From an uncultured Chloroflexia bacterium (GTDB taxonomy: Bacteria > Chloroflexota > Limnocylindria > Limnocylindrales > CSP1-4): a DNA stretch of 64,000 nucleotides. This document shows, one piece after another, positions 44,768-53,915 of this stretch; position 1 is the stretch's first letter; each line of letters starts with the position of its first letter. Location of the stretch: the NCBI GenBank assembly GCA_963749705.1, contig CAVVNQ010000011.1, positions 1-64,000 on the forward strand, read 5' to 3'. The notes beneath the pieces are model-generated. The model saw only the letters and a list, made by a program, of their open reading frames with translations, did no database searches and had not been told where the DNA came from. A program made the position numbers and the translations under genes.

Positions 44768-45229
44768 GTGAGCGTCGTCCATCGCCCCAAGAACCAGCTG
44801 ATCCTGATCGCCGGCCTGGTCTGGTGTGCGGCGGGCGCGATGGTGTGCGTGATCGGGCTCCCCCTCGAGATCACGCTCGCGCCGGAGCACCTGGTCCTGC
44901 TGCCGCTCGCGGTCGCGATCTTCCTCGCCTTCTACTACCTCGTCTTCTCGCGCCTCGTGCGCAGGCACACCAGCCGGATCCGCGCGCGGGAGGAGGAACG
45001 CCTGCCGTTCTGGAACTTCCTCAACGCCTCGTCGTGGGCGGTGATGGCGGTGATGATGGCCGGTGGCATGGCGCTGCGCCTCTCGCACCTCATGCCCGAC
45101 TGGATGATCGCGTTCTTCTACAGCGGGCTGGGCATCGCCCTGTTCCTGTGCGGCGTCAGCTTCCTGGGCATCTTCGCCCGCAGGGAGGTCCTGATCCTCA
45201 CGCCAGAGACGCCCACCTCCGACCAGTAG
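44768..45229 (+). CDS. Hypothetical membrane protein (about 4 TM)
   Basis: Hydrophobic segments, IAGLVW and YSGLGIALF; GGAG SD before GTG. Confidence 0.75.
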   Translation: MSVVHRPKNQLILIAGLVWCAAGAMVCVIGLPLEITLAPEHLVLLPLAVAIFLAFYYLVFSRLVRRHTSRIRAREEERLPFWNFLNASSWAVMAVMMAGGMALRLSHLMPDWMIAFFYSGLGIALFLCGVSFLGIFARREVLILTPETPTSDQ

Positions 45230-45435
45230 CACGGGCGACGTCCAGGCGATCACGGCAAGGCCGCCCGAGCTCCGCCAGCGCCGGCCCGGGGTGCGGCCGC
45301 GACCTGTGCCGGCACACCGGGCGGGCCATCTTCGCGACGATCCGACCCCCGTTTCGCGAAAGATCGAACCATCCGGCCCCCGCCCCGGTCATCTAGGTTG
45401 TGATCGGGATCAATGTCCAGGCAGGGGGCACCGGG

Positions 45436-45975
45436 GTGGATGACATCCGCGGCAAGCTGAGCGGGTCCGCCGACGACCGAGCCGAGGCGTTCACGCGCCT
45501 GCTGGACGATGCCCTCGATCGCAGCTTCCGGCTCGCGGCCGTGATCCTCGGCGATCGCGACGACGCCGAGGATGCGGTCAGCGATGCCGCGCTCCGCGCG
45601 TGGCAGCACGTCGCCTCCCTCCGCGACCCCGAGAAGTTCCCGGCCTGGTTCTCGAGGATCCTGGTCAACGTCTGCAGGGACCGGCTTCACCAGCGGCATC
45701 GCCCCTCGATCGTCGCGTTCGCCACGCCGGCCATCGCCGATCCGTTTGCCGCATCCGTCGAGCGTGCCGCGCTCCGTGAGGCGCTGAGCGCGCTGACCCC
45801 CGAGCACCGGGCGGTCATTGCGCTCCACTACCTCGAGGGACTCACCGCCGAGCAGATCTCCGCCCAGCTTGACCTGCCCGTGGGCACGGTGAAGTCACGA
45901 CTGCACTACGGCCTGGCCGGGCTTCGGGCGGCCTATGAGGCGGCCGCTCGCGACCCGATGGGAGCGATCCGATGA
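45436..45975 (+). CDS. ECF RNA polymerase sigma factor
   Basis: DAEDAVSDA, AWFSRILVNVCRD, GTVKSRLHY; close paralog of 4328..4876; GAACC...GTCATCT at about 45367..45394. Confidence 0.92.
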   Translation: MDDIRGKLSGSADDRAEAFTRLLDDALDRSFRLAAVILGDRDDAEDAVSDAALRAWQHVASLRDPEKFPAWFSRILVNVCRDRLHQRHRPSIVAFATPAIADPFAASVERAALREALSALTPEHRAVIALHYLEGLTAEQISAQLDLPVGTVKSRLHYGLAGLRAAYEAAARDPMGAIR

Positions 45976-47549
45976 CCGACGAGCGCTTCGATCGCGACCT
46001 CACCGTCGTCCTGCGTGATCTCGCCGGCGACGGTGCCCCGGCATCCCTCCGGTACCGCCTGCGCGCGATCACCGACGCCCCGACGGCACGTCGGCGGTCG
46101 TGGTTCGCGCCGTTGCTCCAGCTCGCGGCGGCTGCGCTGGTCGTGGTTGCCGCGGCGGCCCTCGGCTGGACATTCCTCCAGGGTCCGATCGTGGGCGTCA
46201 AGCCGACGTCCTCGCCCGAGCCGACCTCGAGCGCCCCGGCGCAGACCGAGAGCCCGACGCCGAGCGAGAGCCCGAGCCCGAGCGACACCCCGAGCGAGTC
46301 ACCGGCGCCCAGATCCAACGGCTGGACCGGCCTCGTGTGGTCGGATCCGGTCGTGCCGGAGGTCCAGGATGGTCTCCGGATGGTGGACGTCGTCCCGTGG
46401 GGCGACGCCTACATCGCGGTCGGCGAAACGGGTGTCAACGACCCGCAGCGCAACCCGAAGGGTGCGTTCCTGACCTCACCTGACGCGCTCCACTGGACGG
46501 TCGTCCAGACCGTCGATCTCCTGCGGTCGGGTGAGTGGATGACCCACGTGTTCGTGGTCGGCGGGCAGCTGCTGGCCACCGCGGAGGGCGGCGGGGTGGA
46601 CTGCCCGGCCGACACGACCTGCGCGGAGCCCGACTTCTCGCCCGAGCTCTGGACCTCGACGGACGGCTCGCACTGGACACCCGTGGACAGCCCGAGCTGG
46701 CACGCTGCGTGGGCGAATGCCGGCGCCCCCATGTTCATGGTTGCAGGCGACGGCGGCATCATCGCGGTCGGCTACAAGGGCCAGGGCGTTGGCCAGCCGG
46801 GCCAGAAGCCGCCGCCGGCGGTCCCGGTCGTGTTCCATTCCAACGACGGTCTGACCTGGGAGCAGGCCGACCTGTCGCAGGGCTTCGACCATGCGGTGCT
46901 CCGGGATGCCGCCGCGTTCCGCAGTGGGTTCGTCATCGTCGGGCGGGACGGCGTGCGGGATCCCGCCACCGAGGTGGTGGACGGTCCCTACCCGCTGGGC
47001 CTGGGCCGGCCGGCCGCCTGGGTCTCCGCGGATGGGATCCACTGGGCCGCAGCACAGGTCGACGGGATCGAGATCGAAGGCGGGGAGCTGACCGAGGTCG
47101 CCGTCGGCGCCGATGGGCTGTTTGCGACCGGCGCCGGCTCGCCTGCCGCCGGTGACGCAACCCCGAGCGGCTGGGTCTCCGCCGACGGCGCGACGTGGCG
47201 CGTGGCCGGGCGGTTGGGCATCGATCTGCCGGCCATGGACCAGGGCATCAACCAGGTCCCCGCCATCGGCTCCACGATGCTCGCATCGGACGGCCGGAAC
47301 ATCGTCGTCCTCGACCGCGCGGCACCGGGTTCGGACACGATGGCGGCCTGGGTCTCAGCCGACGGCGCGACCTGGTCGCAGCCCTCCTTCACCGGGTCGT
47401 CGTCGCTGCCCAGCATCGGTCAGTACGGTCCGCAGGATGCGCAGGTCATGTACGTGACGGGTGCGGTGGTGCTCCCGGACCGCATCATGGTGTCCGGCTA
47501 CGGCAACGACACGTACGCGCTGTGGCTGGCAACGGCGGTCACGCCCTGA
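45972..47549 (+). CDS. Single-TM putative anti-sigma factor with Asp-box (BNR-like) repeat domain
   Basis: ATGA overlap; FDRDL N-terminus, TM segment, Ser/Pro linker, repeated WxSxDGxxW. Confidence 0.78.
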   Translation: MTDERFDRDLTVVLRDLAGDGAPASLRYRLRAITDAPTARRRSWFAPLLQLAAAALVVVAAAALGWTFLQGPIVGVKPTSSPEPTSSAPAQTESPTPSESPSPSDTPSESPAPRSNGWTGLVWSDPVVPEVQDGLRMVDVVPWGDAYIAVGETGVNDPQRNPKGAFLTSPDALHWTVVQTVDLLRSGEWMTHVFVVGGQLLATAEGGGVDCPADTTCAEPDFSPELWTSTDGSHWTPVDSPSWHAAWANAGAPMFMVAGDGGIIAVGYKGQGVGQPGQKPPPAVPVVFHSNDGLTWEQADLSQGFDHAVLRDAAAFRSGFVIVGRDGVRDPATEVVDGPYPLGLGRPAAWVSADGIHWAAAQVDGIEIEGGELTEVAVGADGLFATGAGSPAAGDATPSGWVSADGATWRVAGRLGIDLPAMDQGINQVPAIGSTMLASDGRNIVVLDRAAPGSDTMAAWVSADGATWSQPSFTGSSSLPSIGQYGPQDAQVMYVTGAVVLPDRIMVSGYGNDTYALWLATAVTP

Positions 47550-47609
47550 TCCCTGCATCGGACCCGGTCGGCTGACCACGCAGCCGGAGCACATGCGACG
47601 ATCAGCGCC

Positions 47610-48506
47610 GTGCGCCGACTGCTCGTCGTCGATTTCGCCAACCTGGCCCACCGCGCGTACTTCGCGGGGCGCGGCAATCCGTCGTTCGCGCCCGACGGCC
47701 GCCCGGTGTTCCTGGTTCGCGCGTTCCTGCGCTTCGTCCTCACGCGGATCCGCGAGGAGCGGGCCAGCCACGTCGCGCTCGCGTTCGAGAGCACGACGGG
47801 CTCGAGGCGCCGCGACCTCCACCCGGACTACAAGCCGCGCAGGGCGGAGGAGCCGGACGATCTCGTCCCCCAGCTTCGCGATGCCAACATCGCAGCGGGC
47901 CGCATGGGCTGGGCGCGCTACCGGGCCGAGGGCTGGGAGGCGGACGACGCCATGGCCGGGATCGCCGACGCCGCGCTCGCCTCGGGCTTCGACGAGGTCC
48001 TGCTCCACACCGGAGACCACGACCTGCTGGGCATGGTCGGTGACCGCGTGGCGGTCCTGATCCCTCGTGCCGGTGGCGGCATTGACCGGTTCGAGCCCAC
48101 CGATGTCGAGGAGCGGAGCCCGTACCGCGTGCCTCCGGCGCAGGTGGCCGACGTGAAGGCGCTGATCGGCGACACGACCGACGGCTACGGAGGGGTGCGG
48201 GGCATCGGGCCGGCCGCGGGCCCGGACCTGGTGCGGCGGTTCGGGTCGGTCGCGGGGATCTACGAGCGGATCGACGAGGTCACGGCCGGGGGCGTGCGGA
48301 AGCGGCTGCTCGCCGGGCGCGAGGAGGCGTTCCGATGCCTGGATCTTGCGACCCTGCGTCGCGATGCGCCCCTGACGCCATCCTTCGATCCCGAGGCCGG
48401 CCGCGTGGGCGCGCACGACCGAGCGCGCGCGGCCGCGTGGCTCGCATCGATGGGCCTCGCGGACATGGTGCGGCTCGCCGAATCGACGGCATTGGAAGGC
48501 AGCTGA
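47610..48506 (+). CDS. Stand-alone 5'-3' exonuclease / flap endonuclease
   Basis: LVVD, HPDYK, EADD, TGDHDL, LIGDTTDG, GVRGIGP (H3TH); no polymerase domain. Confidence 0.88.
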   Translation: MRRLLVVDFANLAHRAYFAGRGNPSFAPDGRPVFLVRAFLRFVLTRIREERASHVALAFESTTGSRRRDLHPDYKPRRAEEPDDLVPQLRDANIAAGRMGWARYRAEGWEADDAMAGIADAALASGFDEVLLHTGDHDLLGMVGDRVAVLIPRAGGGIDRFEPTDVEERSPYRVPPAQVADVKALIGDTTDGYGGVRGIGPAAGPDLVRRFGSVAGIYERIDEVTAGGVRKRLLAGREEAFRCLDLATLRRDAPLTPSFDPEAGRVGAHDRARAAAWLASMGLADMVRLAESTALEGS

Positions 48507-48556
48507 TCGACGCGCTAGAGTGCGGAAATTGCCAGACCCGCACCCGGAGGCGCCCC

Positions 48557-49138
48557 ATGGCCGAGGTCCTGCTGTTCCACCACGCCCAGGGATTGACGCC
48601 CGGTGTCCTGGCGTTTGCCGACGTGCTGCGAGCCGCGGGTCACACGGTGCACACGCCGGACCTGTTCGACGGACGGACGTTCGGGAGCATCGAGGAGGGC
48701 GTCGCCCACGCCAGCGAGATCGGGTTCGACAACGTCCGCGAGCGAGGCGTCCGCGCGGCCGACGACCTGCCCGCCGAGCTCGTGTATGCGGGGATGTCGT
48801 TGGGCGAGATGGTTGCCCAGAAGCTCGCCCAGACGCGGCCCGGCGCCCGCGGCGCGCTCCTCTTCTTCTCGTGCATCCCGATCAGCGGCGAGTGGGCGTT
48901 CGGGCCCTGGCCGGACGGCGTCCCGGTGCAGATCCACGGCATGGACGCGGATCCGATCTTCGTCGGCGAGGGCGACATCGAGGCCGCCCGCGAGATCGTG
49001 GACACGGTCGAGGACGCTGAGCTGTTCCTCTACCCCGGCGACCAGCACTACTTCGCCGACAGCTCGCTCCCCTCATATGACGCCGAGGCGACGGCGCTGC
49101 TCACCCAGCGCGTGCTCGAGTTCCTCGACCGCGTCTGA
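48557..49138 (+). CDS. Dienelactone hydrolase family protein
   Basis: FHHAQGLT, TPDLF, GMSLG, YPGDQHYF; GGAGG SD. Confidence 0.88.
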   Translation: MAEVLLFHHAQGLTPGVLAFADVLRAAGHTVHTPDLFDGRTFGSIEEGVAHASEIGFDNVRERGVRAADDLPAELVYAGMSLGEMVAQKLAQTRPGARGALLFFSCIPISGEWAFGPWPDGVPVQIHGMDADPIFVGEGDIEAAREIVDTVEDAELFLYPGDQHYFADSSLPSYDAEATALLTQRVLEFLDRV

Positions 49139-49265
49139 CGGCCGACCGAGAATAGCGGCGCTGCAACTGGGCTCCGGGCAGGTCTGGCGCGTCCTGGCAC
49201 CACAATCTCAGTCCGATCACTCGGCTGCTAGGACCGATGCAAGGTCATCGCGGGACGATCACGCG

Positions 49266-49829
49266 ATGAACAGCCCGAATCGGCGGATCGGCGTCCTGCT
49301 GGCGGCTGCCATCGCCCTGCTCGCGATCTCCATACCGGTGCTTGCGGCGTCGCCGCGGCCGTCCGCCGCTCCGGACAATTCCGCCAAGCCGGAGAAGTCC
49401 GCCAAGCCGGAGAAGTCCGCCAAGCCGGAGAAGGGTCCCGAGGTCGAGATCACGCTCAAGGGCACCGTCCAGAAGTCGACCGATGCCAAGGGTCGCACAA
49501 CATTCACGATGACCGTGGACGGAAAGACCTGGTCCGTCTCGGCAGGACCGCCATGGTTCTGGGGCGACAACAATCCGCTGGCCGCATTCGTCGGCAAGTC
49601 GGTGACGATCGTCGGAACGACGCGATCCGGTGACACCGGGGTCGACGTCGAGACAGTGGACGGGAAGACGCTTCGCGCGGCGGGAAAACCACCGTGGGCA
49701 GGCGGGCCGTGGACGGTCGGTCCCAGCCACCCCGGATGGAAGTCCTGGATGGCCGGCGGCAAGCCCGGCCACGGCCACGGTCGAGACAACGCGCCCGGGC
49801 AGCTCAAGAAGGTGACCCCGACCTCCTGA
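49266..49829 (+). CDS. Secreted hypothetical protein (possible OB-fold) with SAKPEK repeats
   Basis: Signal peptide, low-complexity linker, GPPWFW and GKPPWAGGP. Confidence 0.7.
   Translation: MNSPNRRIGVLLAAAIALLAISIPVLAASPRPSAAPDNSAKPEKSAKPEKSAKPEKGPEVEITLKGTVQKSTDAKGRTTFTMTVDGKTWSVSAGPPWFWGDNNPLAAFVGKSVTIVGTTRSGDTGVDVETVDGKTLRAAGKPPWAGGPWTVGPSHPGWKSWMAGGKPGHGHGRDNAPGQLKKVTPTS
49380..49433 (+). repeat. Perfect 18-bp tandem repeat x3
   Basis: TCCGCCAAGCCGGAGAAG three times, in frame. Confidence 0.95.
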
Positions 49830-49853
49830 AACGGCCGCGCCCGGCGGAGGCTC

Positions 49854-50864
49854 TCATGCCACGGGCAAATCCTCCCGGTGGTGCGTAGCAGCCACCGCGC
49901 CCAGGTCGGCCGCATCGACCGCGTCCGCGGTGGTCTTCGCGGCCCGGACCCGCGTGACCGCCCGCAGGGTGGCCGTCCGGACGCCGCCCTCGCGTGCCGC
50001 CCGCTCCCCCACGACGGCCCCCGGCCCGATCTCGGCCACCTCGCGTCCATCCACCTCGACCACCAGGATGCCGTCGAGGATCAGGTAGACGTCGATGGCC
50101 ATCTCGCCCTGGGTGATCAGGGCATCGCCGGCATCCACCGTACGGATCTCAGGCTTCGTGCCGCCGTGCATGATCGCGCCCGACACCCGGCGCTCCATCG
50201 CGGACTCGACCGCGCTCACCACGGCAGGCAAATCGTAGGTGCCCCACGGCGTCTGGTCGCCGAACGAGTCGTTGAACCACTTCTTGAAGTCGACCAGGCC
50301 GGACTTCTGGACCAGCTCGCCCGCGTCGTCATACACCCAGTGGCGGGGAAACGGGCTGGCTCCGACGAGCCCGCGAGTGGCTGACCCATCGGCGTTGATG
50401 GTCAGCTCGAGCGTGGACCACGCGATCGAAGGCCAGAACTGGACGAACGGCTTGCGTGCGACCGGTCGCGGCGTTGGCAGCCCCATCCGCCCGCCGACCG
50501 TCTGGACGAAGCGCACGGACGTCGGACCGACCTCCGGCTCGTGCTGGATGTCGGGAAGGTGGACGGCCGGAAAGCGGATCGCCGCCGGGCCCACGCGCAC
50601 GGTGGTCGCGCCGATGTGTCCCTGGCCGAGGTAACCCTGGTCCACGATGCGCCCGTCCTCGACCTCGATGAACGCCCGGAGCTCGTTCGCCTCGCGGAAC
50701 CGATCCGTCCGGCGAAGGTCCTCGAGATCGACGATCCGTTCGGGCGGCGGCTGGTCGTAGTGCGTGATCCCCAGCTCGAACGGGACCTTGGGCGCGCCCG
50801 CGATGGCGTCGGAGGGGATCCACGACACGGCCGTGACGCTGGATTCGAATCGTTGTCGGCTCAT
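49854..50864 (-). CDS. Unknown N-terminal domain plus cyclic nucleotide-binding domain
   Basis: C-terminal LITQGE, YLILDG, GPGAVVGE, RTAT. Confidence 0.85.
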   Translation of the reverse strand: MSRQRFESSVTAVSWIPSDAIAGAPKVPFELGITHYDQPPPERIVDLEDLRRTDRFREANELRAFIEVEDGRIVDQGYLGQGHIGATTVRVGPAAIRFPAVHLPDIQHEPEVGPTSVRFVQTVGGRMGLPTPRPVARKPFVQFWPSIAWSTLELTINADGSATRGLVGASPFPRHWVYDDAGELVQKSGLVDFKKWFNDSFGDQTPWGTYDLPAVVSAVESAMERRVSGAIMHGGTKPEIRTVDAGDALITQGEMAIDVYLILDGILVVEVDGREVAEIGPGAVVGERAAREGGVRTATLRAVTRVRAAKTTADAVDAADLGAVAATHHREDLPVA

Positions 50865-51043
50865 CGGGGCACCTGTATGGCTGGACGCTGGCCCGCACAG
50901 CATGACGGGAGTCGCGGAATGCTGTCATGGGACCGGCGTCCCGACTCGACCGGGCGGCCGTGAGCATGGACCGGTCGCCGTCACGCGCCCCCGGCGCCCG
51001 GTTGCCGTGCCTCCGCGCCGAGGCAACCCCATACAATCCGCCG

Positions 51044-51803
51044 ATGGGCTTCGACGTCCCCGCCCAGGCCTACGAGCAGTACATGGGCGCCTGGTCGCGC
51101 CCGCTGTCGAGCCGCTTCGTGGAGGCGGCGGGTGTCGGCCGCGGCCAGCGCGTGCTGGACGTCGGGTGCGGGACGGGCGCGCTGACCGCCGCGCTCGTCG
51201 AGCGGCTGGGTGCGGGATCCGTGGCCGCCGTGGACCCGTCCGAGTCGTTCATCGCCGCCGTCCGCGACCGGCACCCGGGCGTCGACGTGCGCCTGGCTCG
51301 GGCCGAATCCATGCCGTTCGCCGACGCCACCTTCGATGCCTCGCTGGCCCAGCTGGTCGTCCACTTCATGGCCGACCCGATGATCGGCCTCCGGGAGATC
51401 GCCCGCGTCACCCGGACCGGCGGCACCGTGGCCGCCTGTGTGTGGGACTTCGAGGGTGGGCGTGGCCCGCTGGGACCATTCTGGGACGCCGCTCGGGCGC
51501 TCGACCCGGATGTCGAGGACGAATCACACCTCCCGGGCGCCCGCCGGGGGCACCTCGTCGAGCTGCTCGTCGCGGCCGGTCTCGCCGACGTCGTGGAATC
51601 CGCGCTGGAGGTCAACCGGTCGTTCACGAGCTTCGACGGTCTGGTGGGAGCCGTTCACGCGTGGTGTCGGGCCGGGCGGCGCGTATGTCGCCTCCCTCGC
51701 CCCGTCGAGGCAGGACGAGTTGCGTGACCGGTGCCGGTCGGAGCTGCCGTCCGGTCCGTTCGTGCTCTCGGCGCGCGCCTGGGCCGCCCGCGGCACCGTG
51801 TAG
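51044..51803 (+). pseudogene. Class I SAM-dependent methyltransferase with apparent frameshift near 51640
   Basis: LDVGCGTG motif; the natural C-terminus WWEPFTRGVGP...ARAWAARG is in another frame; may be a sequencing error. Confidence 0.75.
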
Positions 51804-51952
51804 CGCAGCCGGGCTCGTTCGAGTCAGGCGCATCGACCCATTTCGAACGGTACATGCGTACTTGCGCAACCACGCAATGTCCAGCTACCCTCAGCCGGCA
51901 AGCCGCCCGCCTGCCAGGCCGCGCGTGTCTGCTGCCGACGAGGATCAACACC

Positions 51953-52351
51953 GTGGAGATGACCATCGACTTTCCCGGAGGCGCCCGGGTCGACGCGCAC
52001 TTCGGCGGCTTCGTGGTGCCGACCGACCAGCCACCCATGGGTGGTGGTGACGGCTCGGCGCCGACCCCGTTCGCGACGTTCCTGTCGACGATCGGGACGT
52101 GTGCCGGGATCTACGTGCTCGGCTTCTGCCGTCAGCGCGGCATCTCGGCCGAAGGCATCCGGCTCGTCCAGCGGATGCAGGTCGATCCAGCGACGCGCCT
52201 GGTGAGCGACGTGCAGGTGACGATCGAGCTGCCCGCCGGATTCCCGGAGAAGTACGCGGACGCGGTCGTCCGGTCCGCCGAGCAATGCGCGGTCAAGAAG
52301 CACTTCGAGCGCCCGCCGGTGATCCGCGTCGACAGCGTGATCGCCGCCTGA
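51953..52351 (+). CDS. OsmC family protein
   Basis: TDQP..GGDGSAPTP, two Cys (GTCAG and QCAVK). Confidence 0.88.
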   Translation: MEMTIDFPGGARVDAHFGGFVVPTDQPPMGGGDGSAPTPFATFLSTIGTCAGIYVLGFCRQRGISAEGIRLVQRMQVDPATRLVSDVQVTIELPAGFPEKYADAVVRSAEQCAVKKHFERPPVIRVDSVIAA

Positions 52352-52406
52352 CGTCCGGCTGCCGGCGCGGTGCGCACGGGACGCCCTTTCCGCGCCGCGA
52401 CGCCGC

Positions 52407-53597
52407 TCAGATCCAGCCGCGCCTGCGGAACCACAGGAGCATCCCGCTCGCCAGCACCACGCAGGCCACCCAGAACAGCGGGTAGGCGATCGGCGAGCGG
52501 TTCTCCGGGATGGGCATGTTCATGCCGTAGACGCCCGCGAGGAAGGTGAGCGGGATGAAGATGGTGCCGATGATGGTGAGCACCTTGACCACGTCGTTGG
52601 TCCGATTGGAGACGACGGACACGTAGGTCTCGGCAAGCCCGCTCGCGATCTCGCGGTAGGACTCGACGAGGTCGATGATCTGGGCGCAATGGTCCTGGAC
52701 GTCGCGCAGGTACGTCTGCGCCGTCTCGGACAGACCTTCGTGCTTGTCGCGCTGGAGCTGCGCGATCATGTCGCGCATGGGCCATGCGGCGCGACGCACG
52801 AGGAGCAGCTCGCGCTTGATCCGGTGGATCTCCTCGAGCGTGCGATGGGTCGGGTTCTCGAGGACCTCCTCCTCGAGGTCCGTCAGCCGCTCCGAATACC
52901 CCTCGAGGACCGGGTAGTAGCGATCGACGATGCCGTCCAGGAGCGCGTACAGCAGGAAGCTCGCGTCGTTGGCCCGCAGCCGTGAGCCGGCGGTCCGGAT
53001 CCGCTGCCGGACCGCTTCCAGATCGTCGCGCCGGACGTCCTGGAAGGTGAGCAGCGTCGTGCGCCCCAGGAACAGGCTCACCTGGTCGCTCTGGAGATGC
53101 CCATCGCGCTGGTCGAGGGCTCGAGCGATGACGAACAGGCGTCCCGGCGTCCCCTCCGACTCCGGGTAGTCCTCTGCCTTGGCGCGCTCCAGCGGCTGGA
53201 GCATGTCCTCGATCGCCAGCGGGTGGATCTGGTACTTCTCGGCGAGCGCGCGCACGACCCCGAGATCCGACAACCCGTCGACGTTGACCCAGCGCACGTG
53301 CGACCACGCAGGGCGATGATCGGTCAGGAACGTCGGCATGTCGTCGATCTCGCGGACGTCGACCTGGTCGACGGCGTAGTCGCAGCAGGTGACCTTCGAC
53401 GGGGCCGAGGGGCTCGCCTCGATCGCCATCGCCGCCAGCTCCTCGACCTCGATCCCTCCGGCCGTCCCGGGTGGCGGCATCACGACCCGGGGCATGGCGA
53501 CGATCCCACGCGCGGCGCGCGCGGCAAGGTCCCGGACGAGGCGCACGGCAAGATCGGGGCCCGGAATGCCTGGACGCGGGGCGCTGGGATCGGTCAT
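52407..53597 (-). CDS. corA: Magnesium/cobalt transporter CorA
   Basis: HPLAIED, TIFIPLTFLAGVYGMN signature, two C-terminal TM. Confidence 0.92.
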   Translation of the reverse strand: MTDPSAPRPGIPGPDLAVRLVRDLAARAARGIVAMPRVVMPPPGTAGGIEVEELAAMAIEASPSAPSKVTCCDYAVDQVDVREIDDMPTFLTDHRPAWSHVRWVNVDGLSDLGVVRALAEKYQIHPLAIEDMLQPLERAKAEDYPESEGTPGRLFVIARALDQRDGHLQSDQVSLFLGRTTLLTFQDVRRDDLEAVRQRIRTAGSRLRANDASFLLYALLDGIVDRYYPVLEGYSERLTDLEEEVLENPTHRTLEEIHRIKRELLLVRRAAWPMRDMIAQLQRDKHEGLSETAQTYLRDVQDHCAQIIDLVESYREIASGLAETYVSVVSNRTNDVVKVLTIIGTIFIPLTFLAGVYGMNMPIPENRSPIAYPLFWVACVVLASGMLLWFRRRGWI

Positions 53598-53621
53598 CGG
53601 AAGGCCCTGGAACGTCGGAGG

Positions 53622-53915
53622 ATGACGTCTACGCTGACCGTTCGCACTCTACCAGCGCCAAGAGGTTCGACCCGTCCCTGTCGATCATCGCCGAGGCCGA
53701 TGGCGAACCTGTCGGCGTCCTGCACGGATCCGAGCACGAGGAACGCGGGATCACGGGCGTCGATCGCCGCGCTCCGCCGGTGCTGCCTGTCGCGGGTGCG
53801 CCGCAACGTCGAATCGGAAGCCCGATCGTCGCCGCCTCCCTGGACCAACGGCTGGGGATGCGCTCCGTGAGCTCGTACGACCTGTGGAGCCTGCCGATCG
53901 AGGGCCGAACGCCCT
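53622..53915 (+). pseudogene. Degraded GNAT acetyltransferase remnant
   Basis: GGAGG then ATG 53622; fragments RFDPSLSIIAEADGEPVG and RLGMRSVSSYDLW not in frame with the start. Confidence 0.4.

Noticed and set aside
47610-48506. Truncated polA pseudogene
   Set aside because: Ends cleanly after the H3TH region with acidic motifs largely intact, matching known stand-alone 5'-3' exonucleases
51862-51877. TTGCG-N6-CGCAA dyad upstream of the OsmC gene
   Set aside because: Short, single occurrence with no linked regulator; too weak to call
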